Assembly: GCA_002269645.1 (NCBI GenBank)
Contig: NIVC01001242.1
Coordinates: 62,001 to 126,000, forward strand
Reading direction: 5' to 3'
DNA: 64,000 nucleotides
Source of the DNA: Macrostomum lignano
Taxonomy: Eukaryota
The position numbers were made by a program, and so were the translations under genes. The number at the start of each line of letters is the position of its first letter. Position 1 is the stretch's first letter. Below the pieces are notes generated by a model that was not told the DNA's origin, did not search any database, and saw nothing but the letters and a program-made list of their open reading frames with translations. This document shows, in pieces, positions 13,301-26,099 of this stretch.

Positions 13301-16300
13301 CAGCCGCCCTAGAGCGGCTATCCTCGCTGCTAGCCATCTCCAGGCTTGGCTGAGGACTGATCTCTCTGATGGAGACCTTTGCGTCATCCAATCTAATCAT
13401 TTCTCTCCGCGTACGTGTCTTGTTGCCTCGGTTTATATCCCAGGCGACAGAGACCCTGCTCCCGAGAGTTTACTGCGCCTTGCGCAGTACTGCGAGTCCC
13501 AGAACGCTGAGCTGTGCTTAGGGGGCGACCTCAACGCGCACCACAAGCACTGGGGCAGCAAAGATACCAACACTAGAGGAGAGGAGCTTCTGGCCCTCAT
13601 CTCTAACACAAACCTCATGCTCTGCAACCGCGGCAGCACTCCTACCTTTAATAATGGCAGATGGACCGAGGTCCTCGACGCCACACTCGTTACCCCAAGA
13701 CTCTTTGACAGAGTCAAGGAGTGGAGAGTCTGGTCTGAGGAGCCCTCCCTGTCTGACCACTGCTTTATCGCCTTTAATATCGCGGACACTAAAACCCAGT
13801 CTCCGATCACTTGGAGACGCAATATCCGCAACACTGATTGGGCGGCCTACAAGGCTGCCCTTGATCTGCACCTGCAGGAACTCACGGACTTACGTCCGAT
13901 TGAGACCTGCGAGGATGTGGATCATATGGCTGAGACGCTGACAGGTTGCATTATTGCAGCCTACGAAGCGGCTTGTCCTGCTCGCGCCTACAGAGGCAAG
14001 ACCTCGGCGCCGTGGTGGAACCCGGAGCTGGGGAAACTCAGGCGGAAGGCCAAAAGCCTTCATCGCCGTGCCATGAAGACCGGAAACCCGGAGGACATGG
14101 AGCTTTTCCGGCAAGCCTCCCGCAATTTCAAATCTGAAGTGCGCAAGGCCAAGGAATGTAAGTGGCGCCAATTCTGCAATGAATTGGATCAAGACAGACC
14201 TACTTCTAGGCTTGTCAAGGCCCTTACAATGGACAAAATGTCCAAATTAGCCATGATCAAAAAAGATGATGGCTCTCTTACTAAAGACCCTGAAGAAGTG
14301 CTTCAGCATATGCTTAGCACATTCTTCCCGAGGGTACCTACTGCTAGACCGGAGCCCAACCATTCGATGGATGGAGCCACCCTAGCGGCGGGCATTGTCA
14401 CTGAAGACCTAATCGCTCGTGCGGTCAGAACCTTCAAACCCTTCAAATCTCCTGGACCTGATGGTATCTACCCTGTTCTCCTTCGTGAAGCAGCCAAGAT
14501 ACCCTCGTTCCTGAGACTCACCCGCAATCTTATGCGGGCCTCTATCCAGCTGGGATACGTTCCCAAAAGCTGGACTGAAGCTCGAGTAGTCTTTATTCCC
14601 AAACCTGGGAAGGGTGACTACCAAAGCGTCAAGGCCTTCCGGCCAATTAGCTTAACGTCAGCAATGCTTAAGCTCACTGAGAGGCTTATTCTCTGGCGGC
14701 TGCTCTCCTGCGAGCTGACAGCGATGCCCCTCAGCAATAATCAGCACGCCTTCCGTACCGGGAGGTCGACTGACAGCGCCCTGCATGCGATTGTCGAAAA
14801 GATTGAACGGGCGGTACTGGGTGACGGTTACGCCCTGGCTCTCTTTCTTGACATTGTTGGCGCCTTCGACAACGTTATCTTTGAAGCGTTTCAGAGGGCC
14901 CTTCAAAATCGCAAAGCTCATGCTACCCTCATACGGTGGATCATGTACATGATCTCCAACCGTACGGTCACTGCCCAACTTCTTGGGCAAACTGCCTCCA
15001 CCAGAGTCTGTAAGGGTGGACCCCAAGGCGGAGTCCTCACCCCGACGCTCTGGAACCTGGTCATGGACGCTCTTCTGAGTGACTCCCGACCTGACCCCGT
15101 CTTCAAAGTCGGGTATGCTGATGACGTCACGGCCATTGTGGCAGGACCGTCTCCCAGCACGCTCAGGGATCTGATGCAGAGCTTTATCCGCAAAGCAGAA
15201 TCCTGGGCCAATGACAATGGTTTGGAACTCTCTGAGCCCAAAACCGTTGCCATTATGTTTACCAGCAGACTACGCTGGAACATACGTCCTCTGCAGCTCT
15301 ACGGCAGAGATATTGCCTTCGCGCACCAGACCAGATGTCTCGGGGTCACACTTGACCACCGGCTCAACTGGTCCTTCCACGTGAAAGCAAAAGCTAAGCG
15401 TGCCTCAGCCATCCTGGCCCAGCTCCGACGAGCACTTGGCACTTCTTGGGGTCTATCCCCAAAGCGGCTTTGGTGGATCTATACTTCCGTAGTTAGACCT
15501 GCCATTACGTACGCCTCTGTTGTCTGGGTTAGCGCTACCCAGGTCAAAAGCCATGCAGACCTGCTCAACACGATCCAAGGCAGAGCGTGTAGGCTCATCT
15601 GCAACGCCACCAGGTCCACGCCCTTTGCTGGCATGGGGGCCTTTCTTAATCTTCCGCCTCTTGACCTCTTCATCAGGGGTGAGGCGGCTAGAACGACGCG
15701 GCGTCTAATTGATGCCGGCGTCAAATTCATTTACATGAGAGCACCTGCTAAGCGGAACCTTGTCCCGCATAGCGATCTGTGCCTCAACTTTCTCAACGAG
15801 TGTCAGGCCAATCGCGTCTTCACCGATGGCATTGCCTCAACGCTCAACCTGAGACAGCGCTACTCCGTAGCTATCGACTCGCGCGATAACATCAATGACC
15901 ATTGGAACCCTGGTGAGCTTCATTGCTACACCGACGGTTCTAAGCAGTCAGCCAACACCGGCTTTGGTGTTGGAATCTTTCTGAACGGGAGGGTCATCGC
16001 TACCCACGCTCAATACACTGGGGTCAACTCCAGTGTTTTCCAAAATGAAGTTCTGGCCATCAGCTCCTGCACTGCAGAGCTTCTCGCCACTGGCGTTACT
16101 GGTAAGAACATCATTTTCCATTCGGACAGCCAAGCTGCCTTGCACGCCATCAGTGGCTGCAGCACCAACTCTGCTACAGTCCTTGACTGTATCAAACTCC
16201 TCAATGTGTTGGGTTCCGCCAACAAAATTACCCTTAAGTGGGTTCCGGGGCATGTGGGGATCCGAGGAAATGAGTTGGCTGACACCCTTGCAAAAGTTGG

Positions 16301-19300
16301 TGCCTCCGGCTCCTCTCTCGGCCCCGAACCTCTTGTCCCGATTCCTGGCTGTGTCATCGACTCGCGCATCAAAGCGTGGATCAGGACTCAGCACCGCTCG
16401 ACTTGGGCGAACCGCACGAACTGCAGGCAATCCAGAGGCGCTGTCCCTCAGCCCTCTCACCAGCTCCGGAAGCTCCTCCTGCCTCTCGCGCAGAGACATC
16501 CGGGCTGCCACCATGACCCTCTCTGGTCACGGCTGCTTCTCCAGGCACCAGTACCTGCAGGGCAACGCCACCAACGCCACCTGTAGTTTCTGCAACTCAG
16601 GTGACGAAACCGCTGAGCATTTCGTCAGCATCTGTCCCGCCTTCACGCGGGCCAGACTCACTTACCTCGGGCCACACACATCTATTACTGAAGCGTGCAA
16701 ACCCGAAAACTTTAATCAGCTCATGCGCTACCTTCGGGCCACCCGCAGGGCTGAACTCTCCTTTCAAGAGAGCACCATAGCTGCTGGCGACACTGGGGGA
16801 CCTCCCTGGGCGGCGCCAACCCTCCGTCCATAGCGACGCGTCGGCCGTTCAGGGACTAGCGGAATGGGCGCCCGCGCCTTCCCGCTGTGTCCCCTCCGGG
16901 ACAGCCCTGCAGCTAAGTCAAGTAAGTAAGTCAAGGGGCTAAGCTACACAGGGTATGAGGTGGGGCTAAGCTACACAGTGTTGGAGGTGGGGCTAAGCTA
17001 CACAGGGTTGGAGGTGGGGCTAAGCTACACAGGGTTGGAGGTGGGGCTAAGCTACACAGTGTTGGAGGTGGGGCTAAGCTACACAGGGTTAAAAGTGGGG
17101 CTAAGCTACACAGGGTATAAGGTGGGGCTAAGCTACACAGGGTTGGAGGTGGGGCTAAGCTACACAGGGTTGGAGGTGGGGCTAAGCTCCACAGTGTTTG
17201 AGGTGGGGCTAAGCTACACAGGGTATGAGGTGGGGCTAAGCTACACAGGGTATGAGGTGGGGCTAAGTTACACAGGGTTGGAGGTGGGGTTAAGCTACAC
17301 AGGGTTGGATATGGGGCTAAGCTACACAGTGTTGGAGGTGGGGCTAAGCTACACAGGGTTGGAGGCGGGGCTAAGCTACACAGGGTTGGAGGTTGGGCTA
17401 GGCTACACAGGACTGGGGTTGGGGGCAAAACTCTGGGAGTCGGAGGGAGAGACAGAGAGAAGAGGGAAGGCCAGCCATGATTGGACTGGCCCAAACAACG
17501 AGAGAAACGAAAAATGGCAGCCAATGAAAATACGAGACACCAAGAATGAATGGTTGTTTTAAGACAGATAGCAGACTTAAAATTAGCAAGCGATATGGAG
17601 AGGAGAGGCTGAGAGCGCGAGGCTTGAGGCAATGGCATAGTGAAGCACAGATAAAATCTTTACAAAGTTAAAAGAACAAGTTACTAGATGATAGTTGCAT
17701 AAAAGAACAAATTATACAGGAAAAGAATAAGTAAACTAAACAGTAAAAATCTATAGAATTATTATGGTTTATCTACTACTGCTGATAGCTTAACAGTCAG
17801 CCACATGTACCATGCGATTTAGTCTGATCCACATGTGATGGAGAACCAGCTGGACTCAGAACTCACCCTCGGGGCAGAGGCAGACGAACCCGGCAGCCAG
17901 CGCGTAGCTGAAGCTGTCGTTGAACGGCGCTGGCAGCGACGAGTTTTCAACTAGATACAGAGCCTGGTTGCTGCGCTCCAGACAGGCGCCCTTGTACTCG
18001 CACGGATTCGGCGAGCAGTCCGGCACGTCAACTGAGCAGTTTTTTCCGGAGTAGCCGCTGAAGCAGCTGCAGTTGAAGTCTCTGAGCCCGTCAATGCAGG
18101 TGGCGTTGTGGCTGCACGGGTTGCTGGCGCAGTCGTCAATGCGGCTCTGGCAATTCGGTCCGTTGAAGTCGGTGGCAGAGCAGTCGCAGGTGTAGTTTCT
18201 GACACCATCGATGCACCTGCCGCCGTGCTGGCACGGGCTCGATGCGCAGTCATCGATCTTGGAGCTGCAGGTGTCGCCTTGGAAGTCGACGCGAGAGCAG
18301 TCGCAGCTGAACCTGAAAAGGCGAAGTTGATTTCATTCTGCTTTGTTTGGCTGTTGATATCTGAGTGGTACACAATTGGCAACATAGAGAAGGCAACACA
18401 GTCTCACATAGAGAACAAACATATGGCCTGTTGGAATTAAAATGATGATTGATTCTGTGAGTCCTGAGAGCCAATGGTGCACTTGAGTGACGTGTAAAAA
18501 AATTACTTGTCTCCCGTATTCGTTTGTTATCAAATCATTAGACATGACGATCAGAATATTCTGAGAACCATTCGAAGTAATTTTGGGTCAACAGTACTGG
18601 AAATGTTCAGCAGTTTCATAGCTATTTTAGCTTGACTTCAGCTGATACCTGAACCATCAATGCTCAAACGTAACTTCAGCATCCAATCCTCGAAGCATTC
18701 AGCAGCGGCTCTGCTCTCCTGGGTTCGATTCCCAATGAACCTTACATAATTTGTGCTTTTCCTACAGAGGCTCTTGTGCATTCTCAAGAATCTTTATGTC
18801 TGCTTGCAAGAACCCAAGCACGTCAAGCTTGGTTTAAATCACTTTTAGCGATCCACAGCTTGCTACCAATGGAAACAATTCCAGTTTCTATTAGACCCCT
18901 GCTTTATCGCAGTTCGCGCTTTCATGGTGTCAGCTTTAGGCAACTTTAGAAAACGCAAAAAAATGCTTTAAGGCACAGTACAATTACTCGGAAATCCGGT
19001 TTCCAGCTCTAAATATATACATTAGATAATCAGATTTATGATTACAGGCAATCAAATATACCTCAGACACAAAAATCTAACACCGAAAGCCCTGCTTCAA
19101 GCAAGCAGCATCAAGCACCCAACAAAAATCCAACCCCAAGCAACCAACAACAACCCAACCCACAGCACACAACAACAACCCAATCTGAAGCATCCAACCT
19201 CAAGCACCCAATTACAACCCAACCCAAGCACCAAATGGATTGACCTTAAGCACCCAACAACAACCTAACCCCAAGCATCCAACAACAACCCAACCCCAAG

Positions 19301-22300
19301 CACCCAACAACAACCCAATCTGAAGCATCCAACCTCAAGCACCCAACCACAAACCAACACAAAGCACCCAACCACAACCCAACACAAAGCAGCCAACAAC
19401 AACCCAACCCCAAGCACCCAACAACAACCCAACCCCAAGCACCCAACAACAATCCAACCTCAAGCACCCAACCACAACCCAACCCCAAGCACCCAACAAC
19501 AACCCAACCACAAGCACCCAACAACAACCCAACCACAAGCACTCAACAACAACCCAACCCCAAGCACCCAACAACAACCCAACCCCAAGCACCCAACAAC
19601 AACCCAACCCCAAGCACCCAACAACAACCCAACCCCAAGCACCCAACAACAAACAGACTCCAAGCACCCAACAACAATCCAACGCCAAGCACCCAACAAC
19701 AATCGAACCCCAAGCACCCAACAACAACCCAACCTTGAGCACTCAACAAAAACCCAACCTTGAGCACTCAACAACAACCCAACCCCAAGCACCCAACAAC
19801 AACCTAACCCCAAGCACCCAACAACAATCCAACCCCAAGCATCCAACCACAATCCAACCCCAAGCACCCAACAACAATCCAACCCCAAGCATCCAACAAC
19901 AATCCAACCTCAATCACCCAAAAACAACCTAATCCCAAGCACCCAACAATCCAACCCCAAGCACCCAACCACAATTCAACCCGAAGCACCCAACCACAAT
20001 CCTACCCAAAGCACCTAACCCTAAGAACTATAGAGATGAGAAATCCGCAAGAATATGCTACATAAAAAGAAGCAATAGGAAAAGAACGCCAATTTATGGT
20101 GAGGTCAGGTTCGAAGTTCAATAAGTGAAAGTAAAAAGATATACGACACCTGAATAGAACCATTAGAGGTCATTAGCAGGGACATAAGTGTGATAAGAAT
20201 ATAACAGCCACCCTCCATTCCAGATACCAGGCAACCCGAAGCGAGATGACTTCAACTTCAACCGAGGCACCAGGCGGAGCCAATCGGTGAGTTGTCCTTA
20301 TCAAATATCAAATTACAAGAAACTAACTCCAACCGAACTTCAAGTACCCAACAACAGATCCCAACTCAAAGTACCCTACTACAAGGTGCTGTCGGGATCA
20401 TTAGAACCCCATCCTAAGAACGCAATACCAAACACAAAACCCCAAGTACCCAAGAACAATCCAACCCTGACAGAAAAAGCTCTCTAGAATTCACACAGAC
20501 AAAACTGTAGCACAATTCAGAACTGTAAGATTATCCTAAAGAAATAAAACTCATTCAGTTTTGAGCCACTCACGTGGAGTTTCCGTCGCTGCAGACGCCG
20601 CCGTTCTGACAGGGCCCTGACAGGCAGTAGTCAGTGTCCACTGAGCAGTTCCTGCCCTCCCAGCCTGTGAAGCAGCTGCAGCTGTAGTTTTTCACCAGGT
20701 CCGTGCACAGGCCGTTGGCGCAGGGCTTGCTGGCGCAGTCATCAATGTTGTTTTGACACCTGTCACCTGCGAATCCCGTGTCTGTGCAGTCGCAGGTGAA
20801 TCTGAAGTACAAACAGCAAATTCGGGGCTTTAATAGCAGATATGCTCAGAGCATTTCTATCAGCGGTTCCTGGTGCTAAATTTTATTAACTGTTTAAAAC
20901 GCCGTTTATAAAACTTAGAGTAAGGTTTTGCAGTTACAAAATCGCACATAGACTTCATATTAGTTAAAGTAGTCACTAGGCCTCCCACTGCCTCCCGACG
21001 CCCAGACCCTCAGCTGCAGCTGAGTCAAGTCAAGAAGAAGAACTCACGTGCCGTTGCCATCAATGCACCTGCCGCCATTGAGGCAAGCGCCCGTTGGACA
21101 GTCGTTGTGGTTGATGCTGCAGTTCCTGCCTTCCCAGCCTGTGAAGCAGCTGCAGCTGTAGTTTTTCACCAAGTCTGAGCACAGGCCGTTGATGCAGGGC
21201 TTGCTGGCGCAGTCATTAATGTTGTTTTGGCACCTGTTACCTGAGAATCCCGTGTCGGTGCAGTCGCAGGTGAAGCTCCTGACACCGTCGATGCACTTGC
21301 CGCCGTGCTGGCACGGCCTAGACGCGCAGTCATCGATCTTGGAGCTGCAGGTGGCGCCTTGGAAGTCGACGTGAGAGCAGTCGCAGCTGAACCTGAAAAG
21401 GCGAAGTTGATTTCATTTCGCTATGTTTGTCTTTTGATGTGTTAGTGACTTTTTTAGAAATTTCTTTTTTATTTTAGTGTCACTTTCTTTAAAAATATTT
21501 GGCCTGTTTGATTTAAACTGATCCAATAAACTTCTCTTAGTCCTGAGAGTCAGTGGTGCTTTTAGTGACATTATAGCAAAATGTTTTATTATTAATTTTT
21601 AATCGGACTTAAAATAATCTGGGAAGGTGTGACCAGCATTGGATGAATCAATACGTGTCTCCTGTATGCTTTTGTTCTCAAATTTTCAGGCACGAGGATC
21701 AGAATTATCTGAGAAACTTCTAAAGTAATTTTTCGTTTAATATGCTCAAAGTGAAAAAAAAAACTTTTAGCAGTTTTTTTGGAAAATAGACTTAACTATT
21801 TTTCAACATCCGCATAGCATAGTTGCGGGTTGAACTTTAATCAATATGACCTGAAAACTTAAGCAACTGGCTGCAGTTGAAATGAATTTTAAAAGGAATC
21901 AAAGAGTAATTATTGAACGAATCAATTTTTTAGGTGAAGATTGAAGAAGTCAACTGTTGCATTCCCCGTTTAGCTATCGAAAGCTTGCAGATGAATCAAT
22001 AAAATTCAAGAGTCTATTAAAGTCACTCTGTATGGTAGCTCGTGCTTTTGTTTTGGCCTTGCGAAAAATTCGCAAAACAAGACTTAACAAAACTTCACCC
22101 GTAGCAGTTAAAAGTTTTATTTAGGCGCTTAATACCCAGATTTTGCTAGGTCAGTTCAAGATGCATATGAGTAAATGATGAGGAAAACACAAAAACATGG
22201 CTGGGAACTTAAAAAACGCACACAAAAGTTCTTAAAACAGTTCTTAGTACAAGCACTGAAGAATCAAACTTCCAGATCCAAGCAGGTTGATCATTAATTA

Positions 22301-25300
22301 ACTTTCTAGCGAAACAAAGCATCATCCTAACCACAACCCATCCTCAAGCACTCAACTACAACCCATCCTCAAGCACTCAACTACAACCCATCCTCAAGCA
22401 CTCAACTACAACCCATCCTCAAGCACTCAACTACAACCCATCCTCAAGCACTCAACTACAACCCATCCTCAAGCACTCAACTACAACCCATCCTCAAGCA
22501 CTCAACTACAACCCATCCTCAAGCACTCAACTATAACCCATCCTCAAGCACTCAACTACAACCCATCCTCAAGCACTCAACTACAACCCATCCTCAAGCA
22601 CTCAACTACAACCCATCCTCAAGCACTCAACTACAACCCATCCTCAAGCACTCAACCACAACACATCCTCAAGCACTCAACTACAACCCATCCTCAAGCA
22701 CCCAACTACAAACCATCCTCAAGCACTCAACCACAACCCAATTCCAAGAATCCAACCACAACCCAACCCCAAGCACAGAACCACAACCTGTGTAAAGCAT
22801 CCAAACTTCAATAGAATGGCTTCTAAGCGAGGTAGAAATGGTTTCTGAAAGAAGTGAGAAATAGAAACACTTGTTTTAAGAGCACAATGGCGTCTTGGTA
22901 TCTATCAATTGCTATCTTGGTAGTTGTGCATGAGTGAAGAATGTCATAATCAGTTAACTAATCTATTTCCTAATCAAACTTATAAAAAAGTCTGCATCTA
23001 AAACTGAGATGGTTACATGCTTACTTTGCGCGTATTTGAGAAAGTTACTTTAAGTTGAAGGAAATGAAGTGTTGTCTATAACAGTAGATAAAAGTTACAA
23101 TACGACACAACCCCAACAAAACCCCAAGCACTCAACTACAAGTACATGTGCTGAATAAAGCTGCAGCACGATTCAGAACTATAAGATTATTCCAAAGAAG
23201 CGAAAATCAGTTTTGAGCCACTCACTGCAGTGAGTTTCCGTCACTGCAGACGCCACCGGACTATATTTTATATAGTTTCAGAGTCGTAGTTACACTGTAT
23301 ATTAGTTTAAGCAACCACTACCGAAATTTAGAATCGAAACAGGAAAATACCTGCATACATGGATACCTATTTCGTAACTTAACTAACAAAAATTGAAGAA
23401 CTCAACCGCAGGGACATCAGGCTTGTAACCATGGCCCTCTCAGGTCATAAATTTTTTTTACCAGACATCGCTACCTACAGGTAAAAATCGGCAGTGAGGA
23501 AAGCCCTTTATGCCTTTTCGGTGTTAGAACCCGAATTCTTTCGATGCTTTAAGGCCTGAGAATTTCTGCCAGATCGCTCGCTATCTTATTGGCTACCATC
23601 CTGCAGACACCCGCAACACAGGATCCCTCACAGCACCAGCTGTCCGTAGTCGCCAGGCCCAGGGGTTAGTGAAATGGGTGTTGACGCCTTCCCGCTGCAT
23701 CTGCGGATGCCCGGAGCCCCCCTGCAGCTGAGTCAAGTCAACAAGGAGAACTCACGTGCCGTTGCCATCAATGCACCTGCCGCCATTGAGGCAGGCGCCC
23801 GTTGGACAGTCGTTGTGGTTGATGCTGCAGTTCCTGCCCTCCCAGCCTGTGAAGCAGCTGCAGCTGTAGTCATTCACCAAGTCTGAGCACAGGCCGTTGG
23901 CGCAGGGCTTGCTGGCGCAGTCATCAATGTTGATCTCGCAGTCGGTGCCTGCATGCAAATTACAAAATCGAAAGGGAGGAAAAAATCAGAAACTTCAGTT
24001 TAGCTTTTTGCTGTGTGAATGCACTTTGGACTGCCTTTTGTTGTGGCACCACCAACCAGTTAAAATTTCTTATGTTTTACAATGCTGAAAGCTGCTTTTT
24101 TGACTTGCAGCTTTGCCAAAATTTACTTTAAAACCCATGTGGATAAGGAGGTAAGAAAATAAAAATCAGATCTGAGGGGACACTTGTGAGATGATAGATG
24201 AGATCTGTGAGATGATAAAAAGGATCTGTGAGATGATGGATAAAATCTGTGAGATGATGGATGGGTTCTGTGAGATGATGGATGGGATCTATGAGATGAT
24301 GAATGGGTTCTGTAAGATGGTGGATGGGTTCTATGAGATGATGGATGAGATCTGTGAGATGATGGATGGGTTCTGTGAGATGATGGATGAGATCTGTGAG
24401 ATGATGGATGGATTCTGTGAGATGATGGATGAGATCTGTGAGATGATGGATGGGTTCTGTGAGATGATGGATGGGATCTATGAGATGATGGATGGGTTCT
24501 GTGAGATGGTGGATGGGTTCTATGAGATGATGGATGAGATCTGTGAGATGGTGGATGGGTTCTGTGAGATGGTGGATGGGTTCTGTGAGATTATGGATGG
24601 GTTCTGTGAGATTATGGATGGGTTCTGTGAGATGGTGGATGGGTTCTGTGAGATGATGGATTGGTTTTGTGAGATGGTGGATGGGATCTGTGAGATGATG
24701 GATGAGATCTGTGAGATGATGGATTGGTTCTGTGAGATGGTGGATGGGTTCTGTGAGACGATGGATGGGTTCTGTGAGATGATGGATGGGTTCTGTGAGA
24801 TGATGGATGGGTTCTGTGAGATAATGGATGGGTTCTGTGAGATGATGGATGGGTTCTGTGAGATGATGGATGGGTTCTGTGAGATGATGGATGGGTTCTG
24901 TGAGATGGTGGATGGGATCTGTGAGATGATGCATGGGTTCTGTGAGATGGTGGATGGGATCTGTGAGATGATGGATGAGATCTGTGAGATGGTGGATGGG
25001 TTCTGTGAGATGATGGATGGGTTCTGTGAAATGGTGGATGGGTTCTGTGAGACGATGGATGGGTTCTGTGAGATGATGGATGGGTTCTGTGAGATGATGG
25101 ATGGGTTCTGTGAGATGATGGATGGGTTCTGTGAGATGGTGGATGGGTTCTGTGAGATGGTAGATGGGTTCTGTGAGATTGTGAATGGGTTCTGTGAGAT
25201 GGTGGATGGGTTCTGTGGAAGCTTACAGACATGTTTCAATAGAGCTGGTAGGCTAGAGTGAGTTGGCAAATTTTTTTATTTTACAATTGTCACGTCTCAT

Positions 25301-26040
25301 CTCTTAAGATCTTTAAATTCTACTACTGTAAGTAGATAATAAGAGACTAATCTTCAGTTGAAATTAAAAAGTTTTTAGAAAAATGGAAGCCAAATATTGC
25401 GTATATATTTATTGTGTTCTGCTGCCGCATCTCTGTATTTCTGTACGTTGTTTTATAGTCTTTGTAATTCGATTGGTTCGAATATGCTATAAATATTAAA
25501 ATTTTCGCCAAATTATAGATTACGGCGAATTGCGTAAAATAAAAAATGCTGACGTAAAATGCTCCAGATGCCTAAATACCTACTTTCGTACTTTGAATAC
25601 TTTGGCTAAGTTTTAGGCAAGAACCATGCAGAGGTCTCTTCCATTACTAAAGAGGTTCTTGGGCTTGAGGGGCACGGCGTATATTTAATTTAATTTTATG
25701 CTCTCATACACGGGAGGTCAACTCCGGGGACCCCGAAAAATTTCGTGTTTTTTGACCACAGGGTTTTGGGCTGGGGCCGATCGGAGACCCCATAAAGATA
25801 ACTTGTTTTGAGAAGTTTTTGAATAAGTTTAGTTAGTCTGTTCCTGAAACATATGAATACACGACAAAACTTTGAGGATAGGACTGTTTTTACTTATTTT
25901 TTGGGTGCTTTTAATAAAACTATTACGTTGCCATAAACCCGATCATAATGCTGCTAGCAAACTGTGACCCGAATAGCAGCAATCTGGCTGGCAAACTTTG
26001 TGGAGCAGGCAGACAGAGAGACAGACAGACACAGACAGAC

Positions 26041-26099
<59 letters not shown>

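Larger units (their letters stand above)
11032..16934 (+). mobile_element. Full-length non-LTR retrotransposon (LINE; APE-RT-RNase H; LOA/I-group-like), antisense in gene A intron 6
   Basis: ORF1 plus ORF2; 3' tail CTGCAGCTAAGTCAAGTAAGTAAGTCAA; 9-bp TSD GGGGCTAAG at 11023-11031 and 16935-16943. Confidence 0.92.

Noticed and set aside
9690-17425. CRISPR-like regular repeats (also the Ginger palindromes)
   Set aside because: No unique spacers, no cas genes, eukaryotic spliced context.
24128-25269. ORFs of HHLTEPI / MMDGFCE repeats
   Set aside because: 21-bp minisatellite translation; no splice or domain support.
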